From Candidatus Omnitrophota bacterium (GTDB lineage Bacteria > Omnitrophota > Gorgyraeia > Zapsychrales > Aceulaceae): 64,000 nt of DNA. Shown here piece by piece: positions 39,463-49,915 of this stretch. The stretch lies in contig JAQUUP010000003.1 in assembly GCA_028693815.1 (NCBI GenBank), forward strand, positions 65,850 to 129,849. Direction: 5' to 3'. The notes beneath the pieces were generated by a model. It was not told the DNA's origin. It made no database searches and was given only the letters and a program-made list of their open reading frames with translations. Within the stretch, counting starts at the first letter, position 1; each line of letters opens with the position of its first letter. The translations under genes and the position numbers were made by a program.

Positions 39463-39900
39463 TTAATCATAAGACTCTTGTGTCCAATTCGTAATATCGT
39501 CTTCACTCTCGACACCATCAGAACCAAGAGAAGACAAGTCATATTCTTCTGGATTTTGAATGCCAGGTGAAACGTATAAATATTCTGCACCCCAAGGATC
39601 CTTTGGAATTTTTTTCTTTTTTAAATATGGACCATTCCAATGCATCGGAACAGGGGACGTTGTCGGCTCCTGCAAAAGCGCTTTTAGTCCTTGCTCAGTC
39701 GTAGGATATCTTCCATTATCAAGCTCATACAAATCTAAAGCCGTTGACAAATTAGCCTCAATGTCAGAATAAGCAGCCGTTTCACGCGCCTGCTCACCTC
39801 GTCCAACCATATTCGGCACAACCATTGCACCTAAAATACCTAAAATAATAACCACCATCATAATCTCGATTAAAGTAAAACCTTGTTCTTTGTTTCTCAT
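39463..39900 (-). CDS. gspG: Major pseudopilin GspG.
   Basis: The prepilin N-terminus reads QGFTLIEIMMVVIILGILGAMVVPN. The downstream segment DLYELDNGRYPTTEQGL is GspG-like. Confidence 0.8.
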   Translation of the reverse strand: MRNKEQGFTLIEIMMVVIILGILGAMVVPNMVGRGEQARETAAYSDIEANLSTALDLYELDNGRYPTTEQGLKALLQEPTTSPVPMHWNGPYLKKKKIPKDPWGAEYLYVSPGIQNPEEYDLSSLGSDGVESEDDITNWTQESYD

Positions 39901-39917
39901 TTCATTATCCTTTCTAT

Positions 39918-41138
39918 TTAACGAACCATTGAATTCATTTCAAATATTGGAAGTAACATCGCAACAACCACAAATCCAATAACAGACCCAATTACAACAA
40001 TCAAAATCGGTTCCACCAAAGCAGTAATTGTTTTCATCATTTGATCTGATTGCTTTTCATAAACGTTAGCAAGCTTGTAAAGAGAGGCTTCAACACGACC
40101 CGCTTGCTCTCCGGTCGATATCATATCAATCGCTGCCTGAGAAAAAAATCGGCTATGCTGAAAACTTTCTGTCAAGCCTGATCCTGCAGAAACTTGTTTA
40201 GCCGCTTTTTTAATATCTGTTTTTAAAGCTTCGTTCTCTAAAATATCAGAAACAGAATTTAATGCCGAGACAATGATAACACCCGAATCAAGCAAGGTTG
40301 CCAGCGTCCTTGCAAAACGTGCAATCTCGATACTTTCGATAAATTTTCCAATAACAGGAATTTTTAATTTCATTCGATCAAATAAAAATTTTCCTTCTCC
40401 GGAACGAGAAAATTCTTTTAAATAAAAAATACCTGCTCCCAACACCAAAACAATTACCCACCAAAACCGAGCTAAAAAGTCACTAACATTAATCAAAAAC
40501 AACGTTGGCCAAGGAAGACTTGCTGATAAATCCTCAAACATTTCTGTTAAACGCGGGATAACAAAAGTTAATAAAATAAAAATTGTCATAATCCCAACGC
40601 TTAAGATCAACAGCGGATAAATAAGACTCGTCCTCGCTCTTGAAACCATTTCTTGATCTTTTTCTAAAGACTCTGTCAAGCGCCCCAATACAACATTAAG
40701 CTTTCCACTGATTTCGCCAGACTTAACCATATTGATATACAGTGGCGGAAAAATATAAGGATATGCCTCAAGACTCACGGACAAAGAATTTCCCTCTTCC
40801 ACAGAAGCACGAATGTTTTCAACAACGGTCTTGAAATAAACATTTTTAACTTGGCGGGAGGAAGTTTCAAGCGCACGTAAAATCGGAACACCCGAATCAA
40901 TCAAGTCATAAAGATGTCGCGTTAAAGAAACAATATCTGATGATTTTACTCTTATTCTTGGTGATTTCGTTTCTTTTTTGGATCTAGCAGCACTGCTTGC
41001 TTTGTAGGGAACAACATCGACTGGCGAGAGTCCCAGCTGAATAATTTTATCAACGGCCTGATCAAAATTCTCAGCCTCGATAATATCTTCAACCATCTGG
41101 GAAGGCCCTTTTTTAGCCTTATAAGAAAACTTTGCCAT
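39918..41138 (-). CDS. gspF: Type II secretion platform protein GspF.
   Basis: It has a duplicated T2SS-F domain and three TM helices. It is 406 aa. Confidence 0.8.
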   Translation of the reverse strand: MAKFSYKAKKGPSQMVEDIIEAENFDQAVDKIIQLGLSPVDVVPYKASSAARSKKETKSPRIRVKSSDIVSLTRHLYDLIDSGVPILRALETSSRQVKNVYFKTVVENIRASVEEGNSLSVSLEAYPYIFPPLYINMVKSGEISGKLNVVLGRLTESLEKDQEMVSRARTSLIYPLLILSVGIMTIFILLTFVIPRLTEMFEDLSASLPWPTLFLINVSDFLARFWWVIVLVLGAGIFYLKEFSRSGEGKFLFDRMKLKIPVIGKFIESIEIARFARTLATLLDSGVIIVSALNSVSDILENEALKTDIKKAAKQVSAGSGLTESFQHSRFFSQAAIDMISTGEQAGRVEASLYKLANVYEKQSDQMMKTITALVEPILIVVIGSVIGFVVVAMLLPIFEMNSMVR

Positions 41139-41275
41139 AACAAAGTCATTCTAACATATCAAAAATATCATTGCAAGATGAACAATATAGAATATATGTA
41201 TATATAGATTTATATACTATAAAAATTTATAATTTTATAATTATTAATTAAATAAAACATTTTTTTATATATAAA

Positions 41276-41306
41276 ATGCCGGCTATCAAAAAATAATGGC
41301 CGGCAT
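41276..41306 (-). terminator. Putative terminator downstream of gspE.
   Basis: The palindrome ATGCCGGC...GCCGGCAT is followed on the minus strand by a T/A-rich run. Confidence 0.5.
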
Positions 41307-41327
41307 CTATTAAAAATCTTCTAAAAT

Positions 41328-43019
41328 CTAAATATTTTCTTCTTGTGTAACGCGAATAACCTCGCTTGGACTTGTCAATCCGCTTTTAACCTTTTCCCAG
41401 CCACTTTGGCGCAAAGTTCTCATACCGCATTCAATAGCCTTATTTTTTATTTGTGTAGCCGAGACTCTCCTTAAGATTAAGTCTCTGATCTCTTCATTTA
41501 AAAGCAAAAACTCATAAATGCCTTGCCTGCCCTTGTACCCCGTCATCCCACAAAACTCACACCCTTTTCCCTCGTAAACAGTAACACCTTGCAAATCTTC
41601 TGCTTTCAAGCCAAGATTCTGAATCATAGAAGGAGTCATTTCGACAGGTTGCTTACATTTCGGACAAATCAAGCGAACAAGCCTTTGAGCAATAAAACAC
41701 AATACCGAACTAGCAATAAGATACGCCTCTATGCCCATATCTAAAAGACGTGCCACAGCTGATGCGGCATCATTTGTATGAAGCGTCGAAAAAACAAGAT
41801 GCCCAGTTAGCGCAACTTGAATGGTAATTTCAGCAGTTTCTGAATCACGAACCTCACCAACCATCATAATATCTGGATCATGACGCAACATGGATCGAAG
41901 ACCAGCTGCAAATGTAAGGCCAACTTGTGAGTTAATTTGAATCTGGGTAACACCTTTAAGCTGATACTCGACAGGATCTTCTATGGTTATAATCTTTTTA
42001 TCAATACTGTTGATCCTTGAAAGACAAGAATACAATGTTGTTGTCTTTCCGCTTCCTGTTGGTCCCGTTAAAAATATAATGCCGTGTGGTTTTTGGATTA
42101 AATTCGCCAAGAGAACTTCATCTTGCCCGCCTAATCCTAAATCTAATAAACTATACAATTTTGTCGAGCTTAAAAGACGAATAACAACACTTTCCCCGTA
42201 AGGTGTCGGCAAAAACGAAACACGCAAATCCAAGTCAGCATCTTTAGTGCGAATTTTAAAACGTCCGTCCTGAGGAAGTCGTTTTTCTGCAATATTTAAA
42301 TTCGACATAATTTTAATACGTGAGTTGATCGAATCTTTAAAATGCTTAATATTCGCAGGAACCTTTGCATCATGTAGAAGACCATCCACGCGATAACGAA
42401 TACTAAGCTCATCTTCAAAAGGCTCGATATGAATATCAGTTGCCCCATTTCGATATGCTTCTAAAAGAATCTGATTAATAAATTTTCCTATTGAAGCTTC
42501 TGAATCCAGCTCTTCAACATCACTCTGATCATCCTCTTCGTCAATGACAGAAACACCATCCATCATCTTTTCAATGGTTTGCGCCCCTAATCCATAATAT
42601 TTTCGAATCGCTTCTTCAATATCCTTGTGACTTGCCAAAACAGCCTCCACCTTGGCCTTCGCTGCAAGAGACACATCATCTAAAACATGAATATCTAAAG
42701 GATTTGTTAGGGCAATTGTTAAAACATTGTTTTTATAATCAACAGGCATAATTTTATAATAATCAACAATTTTGGCAGGAACGCACTTAATCACATCAGG
42801 AGAAATCGAGAAATCTTTTAAATTAATAAACTTAACGCCTAGCTGCTCAGAAAGAATTGGGAGATAAATTTTTTCCTCATCGACAAAACCAAGCCGAACC
42901 AATGTGACGCCAAGCATTTCTTTGGTCTTCTTCTGCTCGACCAATGCTTGATTCAATTGATCAGCACTGATAATGTTTTTTTCAACAAGAAGCTGTCCTA
43001 TAGGAGATTTTGATTTCAT
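41328..43019 (-). CDS. gspE: Type II secretion ATPase GspE.
   Basis: It has an N-terminal T2SSE_N domain. The Walker A is GPTGSGKTTTLY. It has an Asp box, a His box and a tetra-Cys motif CPKC...CEFC. Confidence 0.85.
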   Translation of the reverse strand: MKSKSPIGQLLVEKNIISADQLNQALVEQKKTKEMLGVTLVRLGFVDEEKIYLPILSEQLGVKFINLKDFSISPDVIKCVPAKIVDYYKIMPVDYKNNVLTIALTNPLDIHVLDDVSLAAKAKVEAVLASHKDIEEAIRKYYGLGAQTIEKMMDGVSVIDEEDDQSDVEELDSEASIGKFINQILLEAYRNGATDIHIEPFEDELSIRYRVDGLLHDAKVPANIKHFKDSINSRIKIMSNLNIAEKRLPQDGRFKIRTKDADLDLRVSFLPTPYGESVVIRLLSSTKLYSLLDLGLGGQDEVLLANLIQKPHGIIFLTGPTGSGKTTTLYSCLSRINSIDKKIITIEDPVEYQLKGVTQIQINSQVGLTFAAGLRSMLRHDPDIMMVGEVRDSETAEITIQVALTGHLVFSTLHTNDAASAVARLLDMGIEAYLIASSVLCFIAQRLVRLICPKCKQPVEMTPSMIQNLGLKAEDLQGVTVYEGKGCEFCGMTGYKGRQGIYEFLLLNEEIRDLILRRVSATQIKNKAIECGMRTLRQSGWEKVKSGLTSPSEVIRVTQEENI

Positions 43020-43149
43020 GATTACTGACCTCTTTTAAACTAAAAATAATAACAATGAAAATATTCTGGTCTTTTCTCAATATAAAAAGGTCTCGATATT
43101 AGCTTCTATGATATCTTTGATTCAGAAAAGACCAATAAAGAAAATGATA

Positions 43150-43743
43150 TTAAAGGGGATTTTTTACAGTTACTCGATAATAATCTCGAGAAAAATCATC
43201 TAAAGATTTTTTCACAGGGCTAACATATGAAATAATGTCATACGCTTTATCCACCATCACATCTGCGATCTTTTCATTAACAATAACCCCGTCATCACGT
43301 TTTTTTTCATCATAAACACCTAAATACGATCCAGAGACAAGACCGTTAACAACTCCAAGAGTAACCATACATCGCAAGGACTTGCGATCAACCCACAAGA
43401 CCCCATCCTTACGACTAAGTTCTTGATCACCATAAATAATTTCGGCTTTCGCTAAAATATCTTCAATCTTAATCGGGTCTCGTTTAACTTTCTCCTGATC
43501 AGATTCAGAAAGGAAATTCTGACTTTTTTCGGATATCAAATTGGCAAGCTGTACTTGAAGGGCATCTGTTTCTTGAATGCTTTCTTTGTTTCTTTGATCA
43601 ATAGAATAAGAAACAGCTATAACACAAACAAAAGCAACAATAATTAACAAAAGACCTATAAAAATTTTAGTTTTATTATTCATATTGATATAAATAGGCT
43701 TTTCGCCTATCCTATTTTTAGCATGGCATACTGCGGTTGTCAA
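43150..43743 (-). CDS. Hypothetical single-TM protein (likely start MNNKTKIF, about 177 aa).
   Basis: It has an N-terminal TM anchor. It lies upstream of gspE. Confidence 0.45.
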   Translation of the reverse strand: MTTAVCHAKNRIGEKPIYINMNNKTKIFIGLLLIIVAFVCVIAVSYSIDQRNKESIQETDALQVQLANLISEKSQNFLSESDQEKVKRDPIKIEDILAKAEIIYGDQELSRKDGVLWVDRKSLRCMVTLGVVNGLVSGSYLGVYDEKKRDDGVIVNEKIADVMVDKAYDIISYVSPVKKSLDDFSRDYYRVTVKNPL

Positions 43744-43887
43744 CTTATGACAAAAGAATATTAAAAAATCTTAAAAACAAAAATTCCCACTCTGCCTTGA
43801 ATCTAAAGAAAAAATATGGCATACTTAAATTAGAAATAGGAGGTAGTAGATAGCGAAAGCGATCAAGGTCTATCACCTTATAAAAGA

Positions 43888-43915
43888 GGCTCCCAAATAA
43901 ATGGGAGCCTTTTTA
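43888..43915. terminator. Bidirectional rho-independent terminator after pgi.
   Basis: The hairpin GGCTCCCA-aataaa-TGGGAGCC is flanked by T-runs on both strands. Confidence 0.6.
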
Positions 43916-43918
43916 TTT

Positions 43919-45193
43919 CTATTTACGTCCTAGAAGTGCAAACATCTTTTTCTTGTAAGCCTCAACTCCGGGCTGATTAAATGGATTAACTTTCATCAAA
44001 TAGCCCGTTGTTGCCACAGCTTTTTGAAAGAAATAATAAAGCTGTCCCAGCGTATGTGCACTAAAAGATGGCAACGTAATCGTCATGTTAGGCACACCCC
44101 CTTCATAATGCGCTTCAGCTGTAGCCTTATAGGCTTGCTTGTTAACAAAATCCAAATCTTTTCCTGCAACACAATTAAAATTATCTAAATTTTGAGCATC
44201 CTCAGGAATAATCATTTTATAACCAGAATCTTCAACCATCAAAAATGTTTCATAAATATTTCGCTCGCCTTCCTGCATCATCTGCCCCATCGAATGAAGG
44301 TCAGCAGTTAAATTCAAAGAAGCAGGAAATGTTCCTTTGCCATCTTTTCCTTCGCTCTCACCAAAAAGCTGTTTCCACCATTCTGCAACATAAGGGAGCC
44401 TCTGATAAAATGAAGATAAAACCTCAATCTTTTTTCCTTTTTGATGCAGCAAAAAACGAGCCGCAGCGTATTGATGTGCAATATTTTGATCAATACTTGG
44501 TGTCATAAACTTCTTTTCGGCAACTCTTGCTCCCTCAACAAGCTGTCTAATGTCAATACCGGCAAGAGCCAAAGAAACAAGACCCGCCGGACACAAAACC
44601 GAAAAACGTCCGCCCACATCGTCATAAATCGGATATGTTTTATAGCCTTCTTGATCTGCAATTTTCTTTAAAGCCCCTCGGTTTGCATCTGTCGCGCAAA
44701 TAATACGTTTCTTAAGTTCTTCTGCGCTGTACTTTTTTTGCATGAATTGCTTAATAATACGAAATGCCAATGCACACTCTGTTGTTGTGCCAGATTTTGA
44801 TATAACCACAACCGTAACATTTTTATCCTTTACCCTTTCAAGCAAATGAAACAAATAACCAGCGCTCAAATTGTTGCCGGCATAATAAACTGGCATCTTT
44901 TGATCTGCGACAAGAAACTCCATTGTTGCCCGTACGCCAAGGTACGAGCCACCAATACCGATACTAATCAAACAATCCGAATGAGCCCGGACCTCTTCTC
45001 CTAAACTCTCAAGCTCGTCAATTAAGGAATCACTCATTTTGGATGGAAGATCTACCCATCCGGTAAAATCGCTTCCTTGTCCTGTTTTATTAATCAAATC
45101 TTGATGTGCCTTTTCAACCGCAGGCTCAATCGCCTTCCATTCATTTTTATCAATAAATCCATCTAAATTCTTAATGTCAAATTTAATATCCAT
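43919..45193 (-). CDS. pgi: Glucose-6-phosphate isomerase.
   Basis: The SIS-domain motif reads IGIGGSYLG. The size is about 425 aa. The start was taken at MDIKFDIK to avoid overlapping mnmA. Confidence 0.8.
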   Translation of the reverse strand: MDIKFDIKNLDGFIDKNEWKAIEPAVEKAHQDLINKTGQGSDFTGWVDLPSKMSDSLIDELESLGEEVRAHSDCLISIGIGGSYLGVRATMEFLVADQKMPVYYAGNNLSAGYLFHLLERVKDKNVTVVVISKSGTTTECALAFRIIKQFMQKKYSAEELKKRIICATDANRGALKKIADQEGYKTYPIYDDVGGRFSVLCPAGLVSLALAGIDIRQLVEGARVAEKKFMTPSIDQNIAHQYAAARFLLHQKGKKIEVLSSFYQRLPYVAEWWKQLFGESEGKDGKGTFPASLNLTADLHSMGQMMQEGERNIYETFLMVEDSGYKMIIPEDAQNLDNFNCVAGKDLDFVNKQAYKATAEAHYEGGVPNMTITLPSFSAHTLGQLYYFFQKAVATTGYLMKVNPFNQPGVEAYKKKMFALLGRK

Positions 45194-45206
45194 AAAACTC
45201 CCCCAT

Positions 45207-46304
45207 TTAAAAGACCTCGTTAATAATGCCTCCACCTAAAACAACATTGTTTCGATAAAAAACTGCAGACTGACCAGGCGTAACTGAACTCTGAGCACGC
45301 TTCAAATAAAGCTTTACCTCCCCGGATTTCTGACAAACCAATCGCGCCTTAACTTCTGGATGATTATATCGAATTTTTACCTTTACCTCTATCTCTTTCT
45401 TTGGAATATCACAACTTATAAAATTAACATCCTTTACAGAAAACTCTTTAGATAACAAAAGATTTTTGTCACCAACATAAATCGCATTTTCTTCTTTATC
45501 AATTTTATAAATATACATCGGCTTTCCGACAGCAATGCCGAGCCCTTCTCTTTGGCCAATCGTATAAAATGCAACTCCTTGATGCTCGCCTAGAATTTTT
45601 CCATTTTTATCTTTAATAGGGCCAATAGATGTTACCTCTTCTCCAGCCCGATCTCGAATAAACTTCTGATATCCTGAATCAGGAACAAAACAAATATCCT
45701 GGCTTTCTTTTTTCTGAGCATTCTTCAAGTTATAACGTTTAGCTAATTTTCGAACCTTGCTTTTTACTAACGATCCGAGCGGAAATAAAATAAAAGGCAA
45801 GTCTTCTTTTCTAATCTGATACAAGAAATAAGATTGATCTTTGGATCCCTGCACTCCTTTTTTTAGTTTAAAACTTTTATTCCATATTCCACGACTCACT
45901 TGAGCGTAATGACCCGTTGCCAGATAATCTGCGCCTAGCGCTTTTGCTTTTTTAAGCAACGTTCCGAACTTAACGTATTGATTACAACGCACACATGGAT
46001 TTGGTGTTCTTCCGCTTAAATATTCATCAACAAAAGGATCAATAACATGATCACTTAATTCTTTTCCAAAATTTAAAACATAATGCGGAATGTTCAATGT
46101 TTGCGCAACGCGTTTAGCGTCTTCAATCGCATCAGCGCCACAGCACGACGGCCTTTTGCCTGGCGCAAGAGAAATATTAAAACACATTGTTATCCCAGCA
46201 ACACGATAACCTTTGCTTTTCAAGAGTGCGGCTGCCACAGATGAATCAACGCCACCGCTCATAGCCACAAAAACTGTCTTTTTCTTTTTTTTATGTACAA
46301 TCAT
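45207..46304 (-). CDS. mnmA: tRNA-specific 2-thiouridylase.
   Basis: The PP-loop reads VFVAMSGGVDSSVAAALL. The catalytic Cys context is present. Confidence 0.85.
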   Translation of the reverse strand: MIVHKKKKKTVFVAMSGGVDSSVAAALLKSKGYRVAGITMCFNISLAPGKRPSCCGADAIEDAKRVAQTLNIPHYVLNFGKELSDHVIDPFVDEYLSGRTPNPCVRCNQYVKFGTLLKKAKALGADYLATGHYAQVSRGIWNKSFKLKKGVQGSKDQSYFLYQIRKEDLPFILFPLGSLVKSKVRKLAKRYNLKNAQKKESQDICFVPDSGYQKFIRDRAGEEVTSIGPIKDKNGKILGEHQGVAFYTIGQREGLGIAVGKPMYIYKIDKEENAIYVGDKNLLLSKEFSVKDVNFISCDIPKKEIEVKVKIRYNHPEVKARLVCQKSGEVKLYLKRAQSSVTPGQSAVFYRNNVVLGGGIINEVF

Positions 46305-48336
46305 TTTCTGTCACAGCCTTAATTGCTTGGTATGTTACTGAACAAAGTTTTTCCAACTCTTTTTTGGTTATCGAAAGGGGAGGCATGAAAACAATCACAT
46401 TGCCAAGAGGTCTCAAAATGACACCTTTCTCTCGAGCTTTTTGACAAACCTGAATTCCCTTTTGCTCTTCCCATCTATATTCTTTTTTCTTCTTTTTATC
46501 TGCCACCAATTCAACGCCTACCATAAATCCTTTTTGGCGCACAGCCCCAACATGTTCTAAATTTCTAAACTTATTAAGCTGTTTTTCCAAGAATACTATT
46601 TTCGTTCTTAATTTCTCGAGAGTTTTTTCCTTCTTAAAAATATCTAAATTTGCAATAGCTGCCACACATGCCAAAGGATTGCCCGTATATGTATGGCCAT
46701 GAAAAAAAGTTTTTTGATCTTTATACTCAAATAAAAATCCATCATAAATTCTTTTTGTCGTTAATGTTGCGGCCAAAGGAAGATATCCTGCGGTCATTCC
46801 TTTAGCCAAACATAAAATATCTGGTACTACTTTTTCTTGCTCACATGCAAACATTGTTCCTGTGCGACCAAATCCTGTTGCGACTTCATCCGCAATCAGG
46901 AAAATATCATATTTTTTACATATTTCTGACAAACGCTTTAAAATTCCACTAGGCCAAACAATCATGCCCGCTGCCCCTTGTACAAGCGGCTCAACAACTA
47001 AAGCTGCAACTTTATGATGCGATCTTTTTAAAAATATTTCGAGCTTATTAACAGAAAGCAAAAAGTCTTTTTTAAATTTCTCAGAATTGTCAAACGGACT
47101 CGCACTTGGCGTTGGCCACTTAATTGTTTTAAAGATCAAGTCACGATACACCTTATGAAACAAATCAATGCCACCAATACTCACACTGCCTAAAGTATCT
47201 CCGTGATACGAATGCGCTAAATGGATAATATTTGCTTTTTTTGTTTTTCCAATATTTTGCCAATATTGATACGCCATCTTAATGGCAATCTCGACGGCAG
47301 TTGATCCGCTGTCGGAATAAAAAACTTTTTTTAATCCCTTAGGTGCAATCGAAATCAAACGTTTGGCGAGGTTTACCGCTGGCACATTAGAAAGCCCCAA
47401 AAGCGTTGAATGACTTACTTTTTTTAATTGTTTTTCAATAGCCTGATCAACTTCTTTTTTTTGATGCCCATGCACATTGACCCAAAGACTTGAAACCCCG
47501 TCTAAATACCTCTTGCCTTTAATATCTTTTAAATAGCACCCCTTTGCGGATTCAACAATCAAAGGATTAGCTTTAAGCCAATCTTGCATTTGCGTAAACG
47601 GATGCCAAATATATTCTTTATCATCAGATTCAAATTTCTCAACAGAAACTGTCGATCTTTTCTTTAAAATAAATGACAAATCTATTTTCTTCGAGCATTG
47701 ATTAATAACTTCACTTCTAGTAATTCGTTTGAAATGCGGAATAAAACCTAAAACAGAAACATCCCCAATTTTCTTGATTGCATCTGGATTTGTTTTTTCA
47801 ACCATACCTTTTTTTAATCTTAAAGATTCATTAAAAATAACACCTTTAACGTCGAGGCCTTGCGCGCGCGCCTCACTAATAGTCAAAAGCGTATGATTGA
47901 TTGTTCCAAGATTCAAAGAAGAAACCACAACAACATCTAAATCCAAATCTTTAGCTAAATCACTCATCAAATAATTATCTTTAATTGGAACAGATAATCC
48001 CCCTGCTCCTTCGACTAAAACAACGTCATATTTCTCCATCAAAGATTGGTAATTTTTTTTTATCTTTAAAATATTAATTTTATTTTTTGATCGCTTAAAA
48101 GCTAAATGCGGAGAAAAAGGATCCTTGGCAAAAAAAGGATTAATCTCTTCTATTCGATCATCTAAGCTTAGAGATGTTTTTAAAAATAAAGCGTCTTGGC
48201 CCGAGCACTGGATAGGCTTCATCACGCCAACATTAATTTTTCTTTCTTGCAACAATGTTGCCAAAACAAATGTCGCAATTGTTTTCCCTATATTCGTATC
48301 AGTAGATGTAACAAAGATGCCTTGTTTGCGTCTCAT
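46291..48336 (-). CDS. bioDA: Fused dethiobiotin synthetase / adenosylmethionine-8-amino-7-oxononanoate aminotransferase (BioD-BioA fusion).
   Basis: The N-terminal ~225 aa has the BioD P-loop TDTNIGKT. The C-terminal ~450 aa is a class III PLP aminotransferase (YIWHPF, ADEVATGFGRTG). Confidence 0.8.
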   Translation of the reverse strand: MRRKQGIFVTSTDTNIGKTIATFVLATLLQERKINVGVMKPIQCSGQDALFLKTSLSLDDRIEEINPFFAKDPFSPHLAFKRSKNKINILKIKKNYQSLMEKYDVVLVEGAGGLSVPIKDNYLMSDLAKDLDLDVVVVSSLNLGTINHTLLTISEARAQGLDVKGVIFNESLRLKKGMVEKTNPDAIKKIGDVSVLGFIPHFKRITRSEVINQCSKKIDLSFILKKRSTVSVEKFESDDKEYIWHPFTQMQDWLKANPLIVESAKGCYLKDIKGKRYLDGVSSLWVNVHGHQKKEVDQAIEKQLKKVSHSTLLGLSNVPAVNLAKRLISIAPKGLKKVFYSDSGSTAVEIAIKMAYQYWQNIGKTKKANIIHLAHSYHGDTLGSVSIGGIDLFHKVYRDLIFKTIKWPTPSASPFDNSEKFKKDFLLSVNKLEIFLKRSHHKVAALVVEPLVQGAAGMIVWPSGILKRLSEICKKYDIFLIADEVATGFGRTGTMFACEQEKVVPDILCLAKGMTAGYLPLAATLTTKRIYDGFLFEYKDQKTFFHGHTYTGNPLACVAAIANLDIFKKEKTLEKLRTKIVFLEKQLNKFRNLEHVGAVRQKGFMVGVELVADKKKKKEYRWEEQKGIQVCQKAREKGVILRPLGNVIVFMPPLSITKKELEKLCSVTYQAIKAVTENDCT

Positions 48337-49112
48337 TTTCTTGCCTTTGCTTTTATAACCTCAAAGCTTGCACAAATACGCTTGCCGTCAGAATAATGAT
48401 CCTGATAAAACTTATTTGCCTGATTTAAAATATCTCGACCGACAAATGCACTTCGCTTAACTTGATTAGCCCCAATTGTTTTAAGCCAACGGATTAGATC
48501 AAACATATCATCAAACTTTATTTCTTCTATTTCGCGGCAAACATCAATATCTTTAAATCCACTTGAAGCAAGCGTATTAAAAACATAGTTCTGATCAAGA
48601 CTGTCCCAGCGTTCGTCGCGCAAAATAGAATCTCTCGAAACATTTTTAAAAGATGCCCATAATTCTTTTAAAGTTTGTTTTCCAAAACATGAAAAATAAA
48701 AATCTCCTTCTTGCCTTAAAACTCTTCGGCTTGAAGCAAATGCTTTTTCTAAATCATTGACCCACTGATAGGCACAATTTGAAACAACAAGATCAAAAGA
48801 TGAATCTTCAAACGGTAGGCTTTGGGCGTCAGCCTGCAAAACAACATCAATGTTTTTGTCCTTAGCAGCTAAAACCATTCCTGGTGCCAAATCAACACCA
48901 AACAAACGTGCATCAGGAAATTTTATCCCAATTCGTTCTGTGAGCCATCCTGTTCCCATCCCAACATCTAAAATAGAAAGATATGTTTTCTTACCTGGAA
49001 TCCGCGAAAGAAGATCGATGCCAATTCTTTTTTGCAAATCCGAAGATTCTTCATAGCGCTCGGACGCCTTGGAAAAAGATAATTGAGGCCTATCGGCTTT
49101 AAGAATATTCAT
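48333..49112 (-). CDS. bioC: Malonyl-ACP O-methyltransferase BioC (SAM-dependent methyltransferase).
   Basis: The SAM-binding motif reads LDVGMGTGWL. It lies within the bio operon. Confidence 0.7.
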   Translation of the reverse strand: MNILKADRPQLSFSKASERYEESSDLQKRIGIDLLSRIPGKKTYLSILDVGMGTGWLTERIGIKFPDARLFGVDLAPGMVLAAKDKNIDVVLQADAQSLPFEDSSFDLVVSNCAYQWVNDLEKAFASSRRVLRQEGDFYFSCFGKQTLKELWASFKNVSRDSILRDERWDSLDQNYVFNTLASSGFKDIDVCREIEEIKFDDMFDLIRWLKTIGANQVKRSAFVGRDILNQANKFYQDHYSDGKRICASFEVIKAKARK

Positions 49113-49114
49113 AA

Positions 49115-49915
49115 TTAAGATATTAAAAACTTTTCAACTTTTTTGTTAAACTCTTCAGACTTTATTAAGAATGGAAAATGCCCACAATCTTCCATAAACT
49201 CAATGGTTGCCTTTGGAACAATATTTCCAATAAATTTCAGAGAACTTTGCGAACAAATATAATCTTTTCGACCAGCTAAAAAAAGAATGGGAATATTCAC
49301 ACTCTCTGCAAATTCTGTTAAATCCCCTTCTTTTAACATTTCCAAAAAACTTTCAAGCGCTTCTCTTTGTGGCACTTTTTCCTGTTTTCGAAATTGATGA
49401 ATCCATTTAAATTTCTCACTCTCCCGCTCTTGAAGCGTAAACAAAGAACGAAAAAAAATATCAAGGATACCTGGGTATTTTGTCTGGATCTGCTGTTTTA
49501 ATTTATTCATCTCAAATTCTGTTAACCCCAAAGGACGCTTTTGTGTTTTTAAGAATTTAGGAAGAGACCCAATCATTGCGAGCTTCTCAACTCGCTGTGG
49601 AAACAATTGTGCTATTTTAAGACCAACAAATCCACCCATAGAGCTTCCAACAATACTAAATTTGTTGATACCAATCACATCAGCGATATCTTTAATTCCA
49701 GTAGCAATGTCATCAAAAGTTATTTCTTTCCAATTCGTTTTTCCGTGCCCTGGCAAATCCACAAGAACAACTTTATATTCTTGAGAAAAGTATCTTGCCT
49801 GCTGGCTAAAAACCCGCATGTTTGCAGCCCATCCATGAATGAAAAAAATACAATTTCCTTTTCCCAGCACATTATAATGCCAACGAATATTTTCTTTTGT
49901 TATGAGATAAGACAT
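49115..49915 (-). CDS. bioH: Pimeloyl-ACP methyl ester esterase (BioH-type alpha/beta hydrolase).
   Basis: The nucleophile elbow reads GSSMGG. The HGW motif is present. It lies within the bio operon. Confidence 0.6.
   Translation of the reverse strand: MSYLITKENIRWHYNVLGKGNCIFFIHGWAANMRVFSQQARYFSQEYKVVLVDLPGHGKTNWKEITFDDIATGIKDIADVIGINKFSIVGSSMGGFVGLKIAQLFPQRVEKLAMIGSLPKFLKTQKRPLGLTEFEMNKLKQQIQTKYPGILDIFFRSLFTLQERESEKFKWIHQFRKQEKVPQREALESFLEMLKEGDLTEFAESVNIPILFLAGRKDYICSQSSLKFIGNIVPKATIEFMEDCGHFPFLIKSEEFNKKVEKFLIS

Noticed and set aside
41139-41327. Extremely AT-rich tract with a palindrome, considered as an IS end or CRISPR leader.
   Set aside because: It has no terminal inverted repeats matching another copy, no transposase and no repeats. 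It is best explained as a terminator plus an AT-rich promoter / UP region for gspF.
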